Below are positions 8,706 through 16,991 of a DNA stretch of 32,000 nucleotides, piece by piece. The stretch's first letter is position 1; every line of letters starts with the position of its first letter. Source of the DNA: Candidatus Hermodarchaeota archaeon (lineage in GTDB: Archaea; Asgardarchaeota; Heimdallarchaeia; Hodarchaeales; Hodarchaeaceae); assembly GCA_048886185.1 (NCBI GenBank), contig JBHLKY010000019.1:30001-62000 (forward strand), given 5' to 3'. A model generated the notes under the pieces. That model saw only the letters and a program-made list of their open reading frames with translations. It was not told where the DNA came from and made no database searches. A program made the translations under genes and the position numbers.

Positions 8706-8858
8706 TTAAATCGTTTCCCAATTCAGGGAGACCATATTGCTCATTCCTTCTTTTTCTCTAATAATCAATCACTTTTGTTCGAGTTTAGCTAACATACGGG
8801 ACATAGTAGACTTTGAGAGGTCTAATTCATCTGCTATAGTTTATAAGGTTGCAACACC
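8706..8858 (-). pseudogene. Remnant of a winged helix-turn-helix (MarR-like) gene, not in the ORF track
   Basis: Minus-strand translation GVATL*TIADELDLSKSTMSRMLAKLEQK*LIIREKEGMSNMVSLNWETI*. In-frame TAA at 8841-8843 and TGA at 8769-8771; terminal TAA at 8706-8708. Confidence 0.75.
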
Positions 8859-8904
8859 TTAAGAATGTAAGGTTGCATTCAATGACAACTATATGTTTAG
8901 CTCG

Positions 8905-9405
8905 TTACTTCTTCTCTAGCCATTTTTTTATGTGTTGATTATGCGTTTTATAATGAAGTGATCGCCAATAAATAACATCCTTCCCCAAAAAGTGTTCTTT
9001 CCTCGCTTCCTTCGAGTAAAAGGTTTTTTCTAAGTATTCTTTAGGAAATTCTTGTAGTAATTTAATTAGATTATTGAAAGTTTCCGTTGATTCAGATATA
9101 ATCTCTTCTAGTGGCCGATTTCGATTTTTCTGATAGATCTCTTCATTTAACAGTTCAAAATCTTTCCAAGAGTATCCTTTTAATGGCACATCAGGATTGT
9201 CTCCTTTAGAAATTGCCTTTATCCATCCCATTCCATGTTGTTCCCACGTTGTAAGGTGAACAATAATATCTTTGATAGACCATTCACCCTGAACATTGGG
9301 TGATAACATTTGATCTTTTGATAAATCATTTATCATCAACTCTAAATTTTTCCGCTCTGCTTTGATTAACTCGATGAGCTTTTCTTTGATCTGAATTGAT
9401 TTCAT
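8905..9405 (-). CDS. DinB/ClbS-DfsB-like four-helix-bundle protein
   Basis: GEWSIKDIIVHLTTWE and C-terminal HYKTHNQHI (His cluster typical of the DinB superfamily). Confidence 0.8.
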   Translation of the reverse strand: MKSIQIKEKLIELIKAERKNLELMINDLSKDQMLSPNVQGEWSIKDIIVHLTTWEQHGMGWIKAISKGDNPDVPLKGYSWKDFELLNEEIYQKNRNRPLEEIISESTETFNNLIKLLQEFPKEYLEKTFYSKEARKEHFLGKDVIYWRSLHYKTHNQHIKKWLEKK

Positions 9406-9579
9406 AACAAAGAGTCTTTGAAAAAAATAGTTAAAAATTGTGGTAGGGGCAAGTGATTTTCATTACGGGGGATCTGGAACTAGTTTTTGAAATGTCATAA
9501 ATACTACTTTTAAAATTGGATATTAATAGATTGAAAAAAAAGGAGAAATTAGAAAAGGAAAAAATCTTAGTTAAATTCG

Positions 9580-9824
9580 TTAAGATTCCCGTTTCCTTCT
9601 ACAATATAACGGAATTACTCCAATGATCAATACTAGCAACTCAAAACCTGACGTTCTTCGTACTCCTTCTGTATCTGATGTTACCTAAAGCAGCTGTGTC
9701 GGGAGCGAAAAAAACGTTCCTTCTAGACTCTTGTTGAGTTTCGGTCACACCAATCGTTTTGATAGGAAAAGAATAATATATACAAAAATACCAGTAAAAG
9801 GGAAAGATCAACAATAAGTTTCAT
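9580..9824 (-). pseudogene. Possible remnant of a surface-protein gene (signal-peptide-like start plus C-terminal sorting signal)
   Basis: 9580-9684 translates as VTSDTEGVRRTSGFELLVLIIGVIPLYCRRKRES*, bounded upstream by TAG 9685-9687. An ATG at 9824 opens MKLIVDLSLLLVFLYILFFS... in another frame. Confidence 0.5.
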
Positions 9825-9907
9825 TATTAGCACAATCGTTCGCACTATGAAACCCTAGTTCATGATACGTCTATTTAACCACGATTTCACTTGTCATGAT
9901 AGCTAAT

Positions 9908-9963
9908 TTTATATAATAGATATCAGTACACCAATATATAGTCACGCGATCTATTGGTGTACT
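9908..9963 (+). promoter_or_regulatory. TATA box plus 12-bp inverted repeat (candidate operator) upstream of padR
   Basis: TTTATATA at 9908-9915. AGTACACCAATA (9925-9936) and TATTGGTGTACT (9952-9963) are exact reverse complements with a 15-nt spacer. Confidence 0.65.
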
Positions 9964-10050
9964 AGCCAAGCTACAAAAAGTCACTTATCAAGATAATTCC
10001 TGCAATTAAGCAAAGTAATGACAATGGATAGATCAAGGTAAGGAATTCTA

Positions 10051-10470
10051 ATGAGTGAGGACAAAACTAGAGATGACAAAGAACCAAGAAGGAAAGATGC
10101 TATAATTAAACATTGGAAACGGGATTTTCGTCGTGGTTTGCTACAATTGATGATTCTGATGTTAATAAAACTCAGAACTCAAGATGCACATGGCTATGGA
10201 TTAATCAAACTTATCCGGGAATCTGGAATTGGGATTCAGTTGAAAGCAGGGACAATTTATCCATTATTAAAGAGAATGGAAAATGATGAATTAATTTCAT
10301 CAGTAATAGCTGATGATAGCGATTCTCCAGGTATGCCCCGACGAATTTACACAATAGAAACTGCGGGTGAAAATATGATTGAAGAGATGATGAGTACATA
10401 TGAGGCCTATCATTCTTTCATCAAAAAATGGTATCAGGAAATTGAAGATCTATCGAGGAGAAGGATTTAA
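10051..10470 (+). CDS. PadR-family transcriptional regulator
   Basis: RRGLLQLMILMLI, AHGYGLIKLI, GTIYPLLKRMENDELI and PRRIYTIETAG motifs. Confidence 0.92.
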   Translation: MSEDKTRDDKEPRRKDAIIKHWKRDFRRGLLQLMILMLIKLRTQDAHGYGLIKLIRESGIGIQLKAGTIYPLLKRMENDELISSVIADDSDSPGMPRRIYTIETAGENMIEEMMSTYEAYHSFIKKWYQEIEDLSRRRI

Positions 10471-10475
10471 AGAAA

Positions 10476-12632
10476 ATGAAATCTATTGATATTGATGCTA
10501 AACACTTGATTCGAACATATATAGATGGTATTGAAGAGTATCTTCGTAATCGAACCCGATTACATCCTAATGAAATCGATTCGCTACTCAATGAAATAAA
10601 TGACTTTGTGTATCTTCGGAGTAGTGAACTAGCAGCTAAGGACCGAGTTAATTATAATGATGTTTTGAAAGCAATTGAAGAATGTGGATCTCCAAGTGAA
10701 ATTTGTGAACAATATTTGGAATTAGACAGGGAGGAGCAGCCAAGGCCATTTACACCAAAACTTACTTCCTCTAAACCATCTCCTAAAAAACTGCAAGAAA
10801 ATGATTCTCACCCTTTTAAACGTCCAGAAGGAGAGCTGAACCTTAAATCTATGAGATTACAGGATGGATTCCATGAATTCTGGTCAAATTTCTCGCATTT
10901 TCCTTTCTTCATTCTTTATCGATGTTTTTTTCTCTTCTTCATTATTTTCTTAAATGTTGGTATCTTCTTTTTTAATCCAATTCTAAACTTTAGCTTACTT
11001 CCTACCTCACTCACTTTTTCGTACCCATTTTATGTAAGAATAAATTCAAGTTTGGTTCATAGTGAAGGTTTCCTTCGCTGTTACGTATCAACCTTAGTGG
11101 CCTTCTTTCTTGTAATATTAGAAGGATGGTTAATAAGCAAATGGAAAACAAAACTTGGTGAGAAAGGATTCGATCGCTCCCTTGATGACTCCATAATCGT
11201 CATTATTTCACGCTTTACTTTTCTAATGCTCTTTTTTAAGACCTCATTACTATTTTTGCCAGCTTATTTGCTGTACACTCCAATTTGGCTCGTTCTAGCG
11301 TGTTTCATGGAACGTCAACTTAAATCACCATTTTGGGAGCAAAAACTCGGACCATGGATTACCTCCTTAGGATCATCATTGACTAATTCTAAAGATGACG
11401 GTTCCAAGATAATTGGATCTATTGATCTCACTACAATCAACGTAAAGCTCACAACTTCTGGGAAAGGAATAACAACAATCTTATTTGGAGTCCTTGCTTC
11501 GTCATTTCTATTTCCTTGGATAGCGATGCAGCCTTGGTTTGAACATGGGAATCTTTATTATGATCTTTCAGCTGTTCCAATGAGTGCAACTATCTTTGCA
11601 TTACTTTCTTTGATAACAATGTTAGGAACACTAGTCGTTCGAAGATATTATAAATTAGCAAAGCCTTCTACCGATTTAAAATCAGCTTTTGGGGATTCAA
11701 ACGTTATTATTTGGCTAATAAGACTATTAACTTTTAAAACTATTCTTATTCTCGGATTCACTGATGCTTTTATTAATATCTCTTTTTCTGCTGCTATTGT
11801 TTGTGTTTTAATAGTTTTTGAGATTACCTCTGATACTTCAGAGGGAAAATCCTTCATGACATGGTTTGGCCATGCTTTGGTTAAGATAGGTGGCACCGGT
11901 ACTGAAGTCATTGATAGCCGTAAAGAGGGAAAATCTACCCAAGAAGTTCGAATCAGAAAAAATGAGACACATACCTCTTTTTCTCGGATCCCACCTGTCA
12001 GATATCAGCCTAGGAAGGAACCAATTGAACCTAAAGCAATTGTTCACGAAAAAAAAGAGTCAAAATATGTCAAACATCCTTCCTTTGTAGTAAACTTTTT
12101 CAAAGGAATAGGAGACATCATTAAAGCCTTCATGATGGCAATCATCATGCTTTTGATTTCATTTTTCGAGATTTTTCTTGCTTTTTCCATTATTATGACG
12201 AGTTCAAGTTACAAAGGTGTTTATGAGATACCAGCTCTTAAGATGAATGGCTGGGGTTTCTCTGGATTTACGCTGAATCCATGGCGTACTATACTTTTCC
12301 TAGGTGTCCAAGTGTTTATTATTGTCACCTTCCATTGGTATGGGCTTACGACTAAAAAAACAGAAGGAATAATTTTGAAAGTATATCGAAATTTGACTAG
12401 GATTTTCTTGGTATTAGATACCTTTGGTATCTTTATTAATGCTTCTATTATGGGTTATGGACAAATTATATTGATACTTCTCATCGGGTTAATGTTTTTC
12501 AGTGAGCTAACTTATTGGAAAGCTCATTCTGAGAGAAAAACGGTTAAGCTTCCTGCTTCTGATCGAGAGCTTCCTGTTCATGATGATGAAGGTTTACTTT
12601 TAAATCGTTCAGATTTCTCAAAAGCCTCTTGA
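10476..12632 (+). CDS. Polytopic membrane protein with N-terminal HAAS-like helical domain
   Basis: N-terminus IRTYIDGIEEYL...EIDSLLNEINDFV...DVLKAIEECGSPSEICEQY matches the GxPxEIAxxY HAAS pattern. Many hydrophobic segments follow. Starts 5 bp after padR. Confidence 0.75.
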   Translation: MKSIDIDAKHLIRTYIDGIEEYLRNRTRLHPNEIDSLLNEINDFVYLRSSELAAKDRVNYNDVLKAIEECGSPSEICEQYLELDREEQPRPFTPKLTSSKPSPKKLQENDSHPFKRPEGELNLKSMRLQDGFHEFWSNFSHFPFFILYRCFFLFFIIFLNVGIFFFNPILNFSLLPTSLTFSYPFYVRINSSLVHSEGFLRCYVSTLVAFFLVILEGWLISKWKTKLGEKGFDRSLDDSIIVIISRFTFLMLFFKTSLLFLPAYLLYTPIWLVLACFMERQLKSPFWEQKLGPWITSLGSSLTNSKDDGSKIIGSIDLTTINVKLTTSGKGITTILFGVLASSFLFPWIAMQPWFEHGNLYYDLSAVPMSATIFALLSLITMLGTLVVRRYYKLAKPSTDLKSAFGDSNVIIWLIRLLTFKTILILGFTDAFINISFSAAIVCVLIVFEITSDTSEGKSFMTWFGHALVKIGGTGTEVIDSRKEGKSTQEVRIRKNETHTSFSRIPPVRYQPRKEPIEPKAIVHEKKESKYVKHPSFVVNFFKGIGDIIKAFMMAIIMLLISFFEIFLAFSIIMTSSSYKGVYEIPALKMNGWGFSGFTLNPWRTILFLGVQVFIIVTFHWYGLTTKKTEGIILKVYRNLTRIFLVLDTFGIFINASIMGYGQIILILLIGLMFFSELTYWKAHSERKTVKLPASDRELPVHDDEGLLLNRSDFSKAS

Positions 12633-12978
12633 GTTTGGAGAGACGATCTTTCATCTCACTGACCATCGCTTTAAATGATCACCTTAATGAAACATTTTTT
12701 AATAGGACTAAAATGTGGAGAAAATGGTTGGAAATCTCAATGACGAGTCCAAAAAATATATCTTATGCTATTTTTAGAGCACTTGTCACTCTCGTCCCCG
12801 TGTTCGCATGATGTTTGCGAAAGATTTGACTGAAATCCAACCAGCTGAGTTTTTCTCGTCATTGTTCGTTCAAATCTTCGATTAAATTCCTACAATATGC
12901 GTGTTCTTTTACGCATTGCAATTTCAGAGTTTTTTTAATGTTAAGAAGGTGATTAAAAGGTTATTAGTTAATTAAGAT

Positions 12979-14250
12979 GTGAATCCCATGACCCTAGAAA
13001 AAAATGAGAGTCCTCACTCTAAGCAGTTCACTCGAGCTCAATATCAGCGAAATATTCGGATCTTTCAAATTACTGGATTTGATATCACAGTTTTAGTCGT
13101 TCCTGTGATCGTTCTAGTCTGGTTAGAAGCTGGATTGGCTTTCCATGAGATATTATTACTTCAAGGGCTTTTTGTCCTTCCCACGTTAATATTGGAAGTC
13201 CCTTCTGGTTCAATAGCAGATTATTGGAGTCGGAAAGGCTGTTCTGTATTCTACTATGTTCTATTTGGCACTGCTTTAGGTATTTATGCAATTGGTGACA
13301 ATTTCTTTGTCTTCGCTCTTGCTGAAATGTTAGCAGGAACAGCAGTTGCTTTTCAAACTGGAAGTGAGACTGCACTTATTTACGATTCTTTACTCTCTTC
13401 CAAGGATGCTGATGTCAATAGCAGCTTTGGCAATCTCATTTCCAAACGAATGACAATCATGTTTCTTGGAGGAGCACTGGGTGCTCTTCTTGGTGGCTTC
13501 ATTGGTACAATATCAGTTATTCAAATGCCTCTCATAATTGCTGCTCTTGGTCATTTAACATTTGCATTCTTTGTTTTCTGGGGTTATACTGAACCTCCTC
13601 GATTGAAAGCTAAAAGTCCTCATGCTGCTATCAAGCAAGCATTGGGTTCCCTAAGGCACCAAACAGAATTGAAAGCGATCTTGATATTCAGTTTTGGAGG
13701 AATTGTCTTCAGTCGAATTGGTTTCTGGGCTGTACAACACATTATGGTCGAAGAATTTCTAGTTACCTCTCTTGGTATGGGTTTTGTCCTAACTGGATTT
13801 AATGTATGTGCTGCAATGAGTTCTATAGTTATCCGATCTCATGTCAACAAATTATCAAATCTATGGGCATTCTTGGTTATACTCGTAATAGAAGGATCTT
13901 ACTTCTTTGTTCTTGTTCAGGTTCCTGATCTTCTAGGGATCCTTATCATGTCTCTAATGGCACAAGTAACTCGTGGAATTCGTACGCCAATAATACAGGC
14001 ATTACTGCAGCAACGTCTTAGATCTGACGAGAGGGCAACGTTCATTTCTCTGATTTCCTTCGTAGGTTCCTTAATATACTTCATACTGTCATTAATAATT
14101 GATATATTCGATTTTTCACGAGTACAGACGTTGATGGTAAGTTTAATAGGAATACTTACAATCACTATATTCTTGCTAGGTTTCATTATGAAAAGTTCTC
14201 AGAAGACAGTTCAAACAACTACTAGCCAAGACATAGTAGGCAATGTGTAG
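12979..14250 (+). CDS. Major facilitator superfamily transporter
   Basis: LEVPSGSIADYWSRK (motif A-like), AFQTGSETALIYDSL and SDERATFISLISF; about 12 hydrophobic segments. Confidence 0.9.
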   Translation: MNPMTLEKNESPHSKQFTRAQYQRNIRIFQITGFDITVLVVPVIVLVWLEAGLAFHEILLLQGLFVLPTLILEVPSGSIADYWSRKGCSVFYYVLFGTALGIYAIGDNFFVFALAEMLAGTAVAFQTGSETALIYDSLLSSKDADVNSSFGNLISKRMTIMFLGGALGALLGGFIGTISVIQMPLIIAALGHLTFAFFVFWGYTEPPRLKAKSPHAAIKQALGSLRHQTELKAILIFSFGGIVFSRIGFWAVQHIMVEEFLVTSLGMGFVLTGFNVCAAMSSIVIRSHVNKLSNLWAFLVILVIEGSYFFVLVQVPDLLGILIMSLMAQVTRGIRTPIIQALLQQRLRSDERATFISLISFVGSLIYFILSLIIDIFDFSRVQTLMVSLIGILTITIFLLGFIMKSSQKTVQTTTSQDIVGNV

Positions 14251-14356
14251 GATTCGATCAGCAATGATAAACCGATCCTACCTCCCCTATTCTTTTTTAT
14301 TCCAAAAAAAATACGAAGGATTGAAGAAAAATATGTAGAATGAGATTTTGATCCAA

Positions 14357-14584
14357 TTAAAGTCCTAATTCTTTCTTTATTAGCGTTTTTAGAAGTTCTT
14401 TCTGTATTTTCTGTTTTGTGGGGATATTTTTATCTCCTAGAATCTTTTTTCCTGCATCAAGGACTTTTTCTTTGGCTATTTCCTTAGCTCCTGTTTCTTT
14501 TATAATTTCATTAACAGCTGTGTTTAATGCAGTTGACATTGCTTCCTTTCCCAATCCTTTTGCAACACCACCAATTTTTTTCAT
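14357..14584 (-). CDS. Small basic amphipathic hypothetical protein (75 aa)
   Basis: ATG preceded by an AGGAG-like element; co-oriented downstream of the zincin gene; Lys-rich helical periodicity. Confidence 0.6.
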   Translation of the reverse strand: MKKIGGVAKGLGKEAMSTALNTAVNEIIKETGAKEIAKEKVLDAGKKILGDKNIPTKQKIQKELLKTLIKKELGL

Positions 14585-14643
14585 GGATAATCAGCTCCTT
14601 TTTTGTAATGTTTGTAAGCTCTTCATCTTCATAAATTTTGTTC

Positions 14644-15189
14644 TTAGATGTAAGTGAATTCGCTGTCTGGATGTCTTAATAGGATATATTCTGGGTTTAA
14701 TATTTCTTCTCTGGTTGGCATATACCGTTCTTGATGAAATTTATATGGAAATAGAGACCCTAATCCGAAGACCGCTATTCGACCGACTGGATGACGTTTT
14801 CCAAATATCGCTAGAGATATATTCCTGGTTAATTCTCGTGTTTCTTTCTCATCCACGAAGTTATTTGAGTGAATATACTCATGAAGAAGTAAATGAAAAA
14901 GATAAGCTTTATAGAGATCCTCAGAGGATTCCTCACGCATAATACGGAGAGCTGATTTATTTAGATAAACTTCATTTGTCCCTAGTCTATGAAAGCCACC
15001 TACGAAATTTCCTCGATTATATCCAAGCTCAACTAAAGCCAACATAATTCCTGGGCGAGAAGTATCCAGAAATCGCCGAACTATTCGAATTATTAATTTA
15101 AACAGTCCTGAATAATCCTCAACATCTAAAGAATTGTATTCTTCTTGATATTGACGAATTTCATTTTTTGGAACCACAATTATCTCCAC
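14644..15189 (-). CDS. Zincin-like metallopeptidase, uncharacterised archaeal type
   Basis: LFHLLLHEYIHSNNFVDEKE (HExxH plus downstream acidic residues); VGGFH...VYLN upstream strands; GTG start. Confidence 0.75.
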   Translation of the reverse strand: MEIIVVPKNEIRQYQEEYNSLDVEDYSGLFKLIIRIVRRFLDTSRPGIMLALVELGYNRGNFVGGFHRLGTNEVYLNKSALRIMREESSEDLYKAYLFHLLLHEYIHSNNFVDEKETRELTRNISLAIFGKRHPVGRIAVFGLGSLFPYKFHQERYMPTREEILNPEYILLRHPDSEFTYI

Positions 15190-15282
15190 ATAAAAATAAA
15201 ATATAACTCCTTTAAGATGACTACTTTATTAAATTCGTGAAAAGAAAAAGAAGGAAGAGATTCAGAAAATCTCATTCCTAGC

Positions 15283-16842
15283 TTAGCTTTCTGTCCTCTC
15301 AAATATCGCTTTGGTTGCCACTGGACTGAATTGATAATTAACAGAGCCCCAATTAGTAACCACCCCTTTCTCCTCTGATTTTGTTCTGAGATATTCAATC
15401 GTATCTAAGTGGGAGGTCTGTAAGTAGTGTATGGCGAGAATTGAAGCTCCAACAAAAGTAGATCCTAAAAGGAGGAAAAATAGCCCAAGAGTCCATAACA
15501 CAAGTAAAAGTATGCTAAAAACATCAAAACTAAAACCAGCGACCTGTAATTGCCCAGTAGTCGTTGTTTGCCGTGCAACGATCGTTGTGACCTCCATTGC
15601 TAAAGCTCCTAGGGATAGTATGCCCGAAAAACCTACTACTATCCCTAAACCATCTCTTAAAATATTTCCTAATGGCTTTACAGCTACAATATCACCTTGT
15701 GGACTTATTTGCATGCGTTTAAATCCTCCCTCATTAAATGCAAATATTAGAGGATAATAGAACAAAACAAGAACCAGTACAATGGGAGTTAACAACGGAC
15801 TTAATGCAAGAGCCTCTACTTTATCTTCTCCTGGATATATTTGCACAAAAATAATTGTGAGAATTGACGCGAGCCCTGTGGGGAACACTAAAACATCATA
15901 CCAACGCTGTTTATACAATTCTGAAAGTGTTGAACGAACACTTGAGAAATTTATTACATTTATTAAATGCATATCTACAAAGAAATCTCCTATAAAGTCG
16001 AAAATAGGTATGAAGCTCATAATTTTTCCTAATCTACCATTTAATGCTCTTAAAATACCGAATGTTAAGTACTTTCCTCCAAGGAGTCTAGAGAGGCGTG
16101 TTATCATGAGAATAAATGCTGTGACTATTCCAGCTCCTCCTCCTATCGTGACGGTGACGAGGATGGTACGTCCAATCAGTAAGAATGCCTCCCATGAGTA
16201 TTCGTAGAGTGCCTGAAGAATTTGTTGGAACCAGGCAATCCAACCACGATTTTTAACTGAAAAGTAGGTTCCAATAATTTGAGATTTTTGTGTCTCATCT
16301 TCTGTAGTTCCAGTAAAAATGATGGTTCTTTTCCGAATTAAAAATTCCTCCCCTCGTTGATAACTCAATGTAAGTTGTTTGCTTGAGACGTCTAGCTTCA
16401 GATGTTCTTGTTTGGCATTCACTTCATATATTTCCCTGGAAGTCTCATTAAATATCTCAAAAACGAGATTTCTAGCGCCAGGATCATAAAGGATAAACCC
16501 AAACATGTGTATTTCTTCAAGGTTCCATGGTAAAAGTGGTCCAATAAAGGTATTATTTTCATCAAATAATTGATACTCTTCTAATCTTTCTTTAATGGTG
16601 ACATCCCCAAAAAAATCCCCTGTTTCAGGATTATGATAACCAAGAGTGTGAAATGGACCTAATTTTTGTCGGATTTGACCCACAAGAGGACTTGGTCCAA
16701 CATCATAGGGTGTTTGGGGTAAAATTGCGGCTGTTGCAATGAATACTGTGCCAAGAACAGCACAAATTGCAGAAAAAAACCATATAAGAAAGAAAAAAAG
16801 AATCTTCGTTTTCATAGTCATAGTTGTAAGGCGGTAAACCAT
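15283..16842 (-). CDS. Hypothetical polytopic membrane protein with an N-terminal extracytoplasmic domain
   Basis: 519-aa ORF with an N-terminal TM helix, a ~160-aa soluble segment and about 6 further hydrophobic segments. No family recognised. Confidence 0.75.
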   Translation of the reverse strand: MVYRLTTMTMKTKILFFFLIWFFSAICAVLGTVFIATAAILPQTPYDVGPSPLVGQIRQKLGPFHTLGYHNPETGDFFGDVTIKERLEEYQLFDENNTFIGPLLPWNLEEIHMFGFILYDPGARNLVFEIFNETSREIYEVNAKQEHLKLDVSSKQLTLSYQRGEEFLIRKRTIIFTGTTEDETQKSQIIGTYFSVKNRGWIAWFQQILQALYEYSWEAFLLIGRTILVTVTIGGGAGIVTAFILMITRLSRLLGGKYLTFGILRALNGRLGKIMSFIPIFDFIGDFFVDMHLINVINFSSVRSTLSELYKQRWYDVLVFPTGLASILTIIFVQIYPGEDKVEALALSPLLTPIVLVLVLFYYPLIFAFNEGGFKRMQISPQGDIVAVKPLGNILRDGLGIVVGFSGILSLGALAMEVTTIVARQTTTTGQLQVAGFSFDVFSILLLVLWTLGLFFLLLGSTFVGASILAIHYLQTSHLDTIEYLRTKSEEKGVVTNWGSVNYQFSPVATKAIFERTES

Positions 16843-16923
16843 TAGGAATCATTCCTTTTTTATGAAAAATAGTTCTCAAAATGCTTGCAAGATTTTTTAT
16901 CTTCTTAATTTTTTAATTTTCGC

Positions 16924-16965
16924 TTATATATTTTCACCAACATTGAAGATAATATATGGTGAAAA
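16924..16965 (-). promoter_or_regulatory. TATA-like box with adjacent 9-bp inverted repeat upstream of the 519-aa membrane gene
   Basis: Minus-strand AAAATATATAAG around 16924-16934. TTTTCACCA (16931-16939) and TGGTGAAAA (16957-16965) with a 17-nt spacer. Confidence 0.4.
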
Positions 16966-16991
16966 GAGTTTTTAAGTGAATATAAGTGAAC

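Noticed and set aside
8769-8771. In-frame TGA at a Gly position, suggesting UGA recoding (genetic code 25) or selenocysteine
   Set aside because: The same remnant also has in-frame TAA, TGA terminates intact genes in this window (e.g. 12630-12632, 19794-19796, 30650-30652), and I recognised no SECIS-like element.
12629-12811. 60-aa plus-strand ORF overlapping the HAAS gene stop
   Set aside because: TTG start, no motif, and the opposite strand looks at least as protein-like; not supportable as a CDS.
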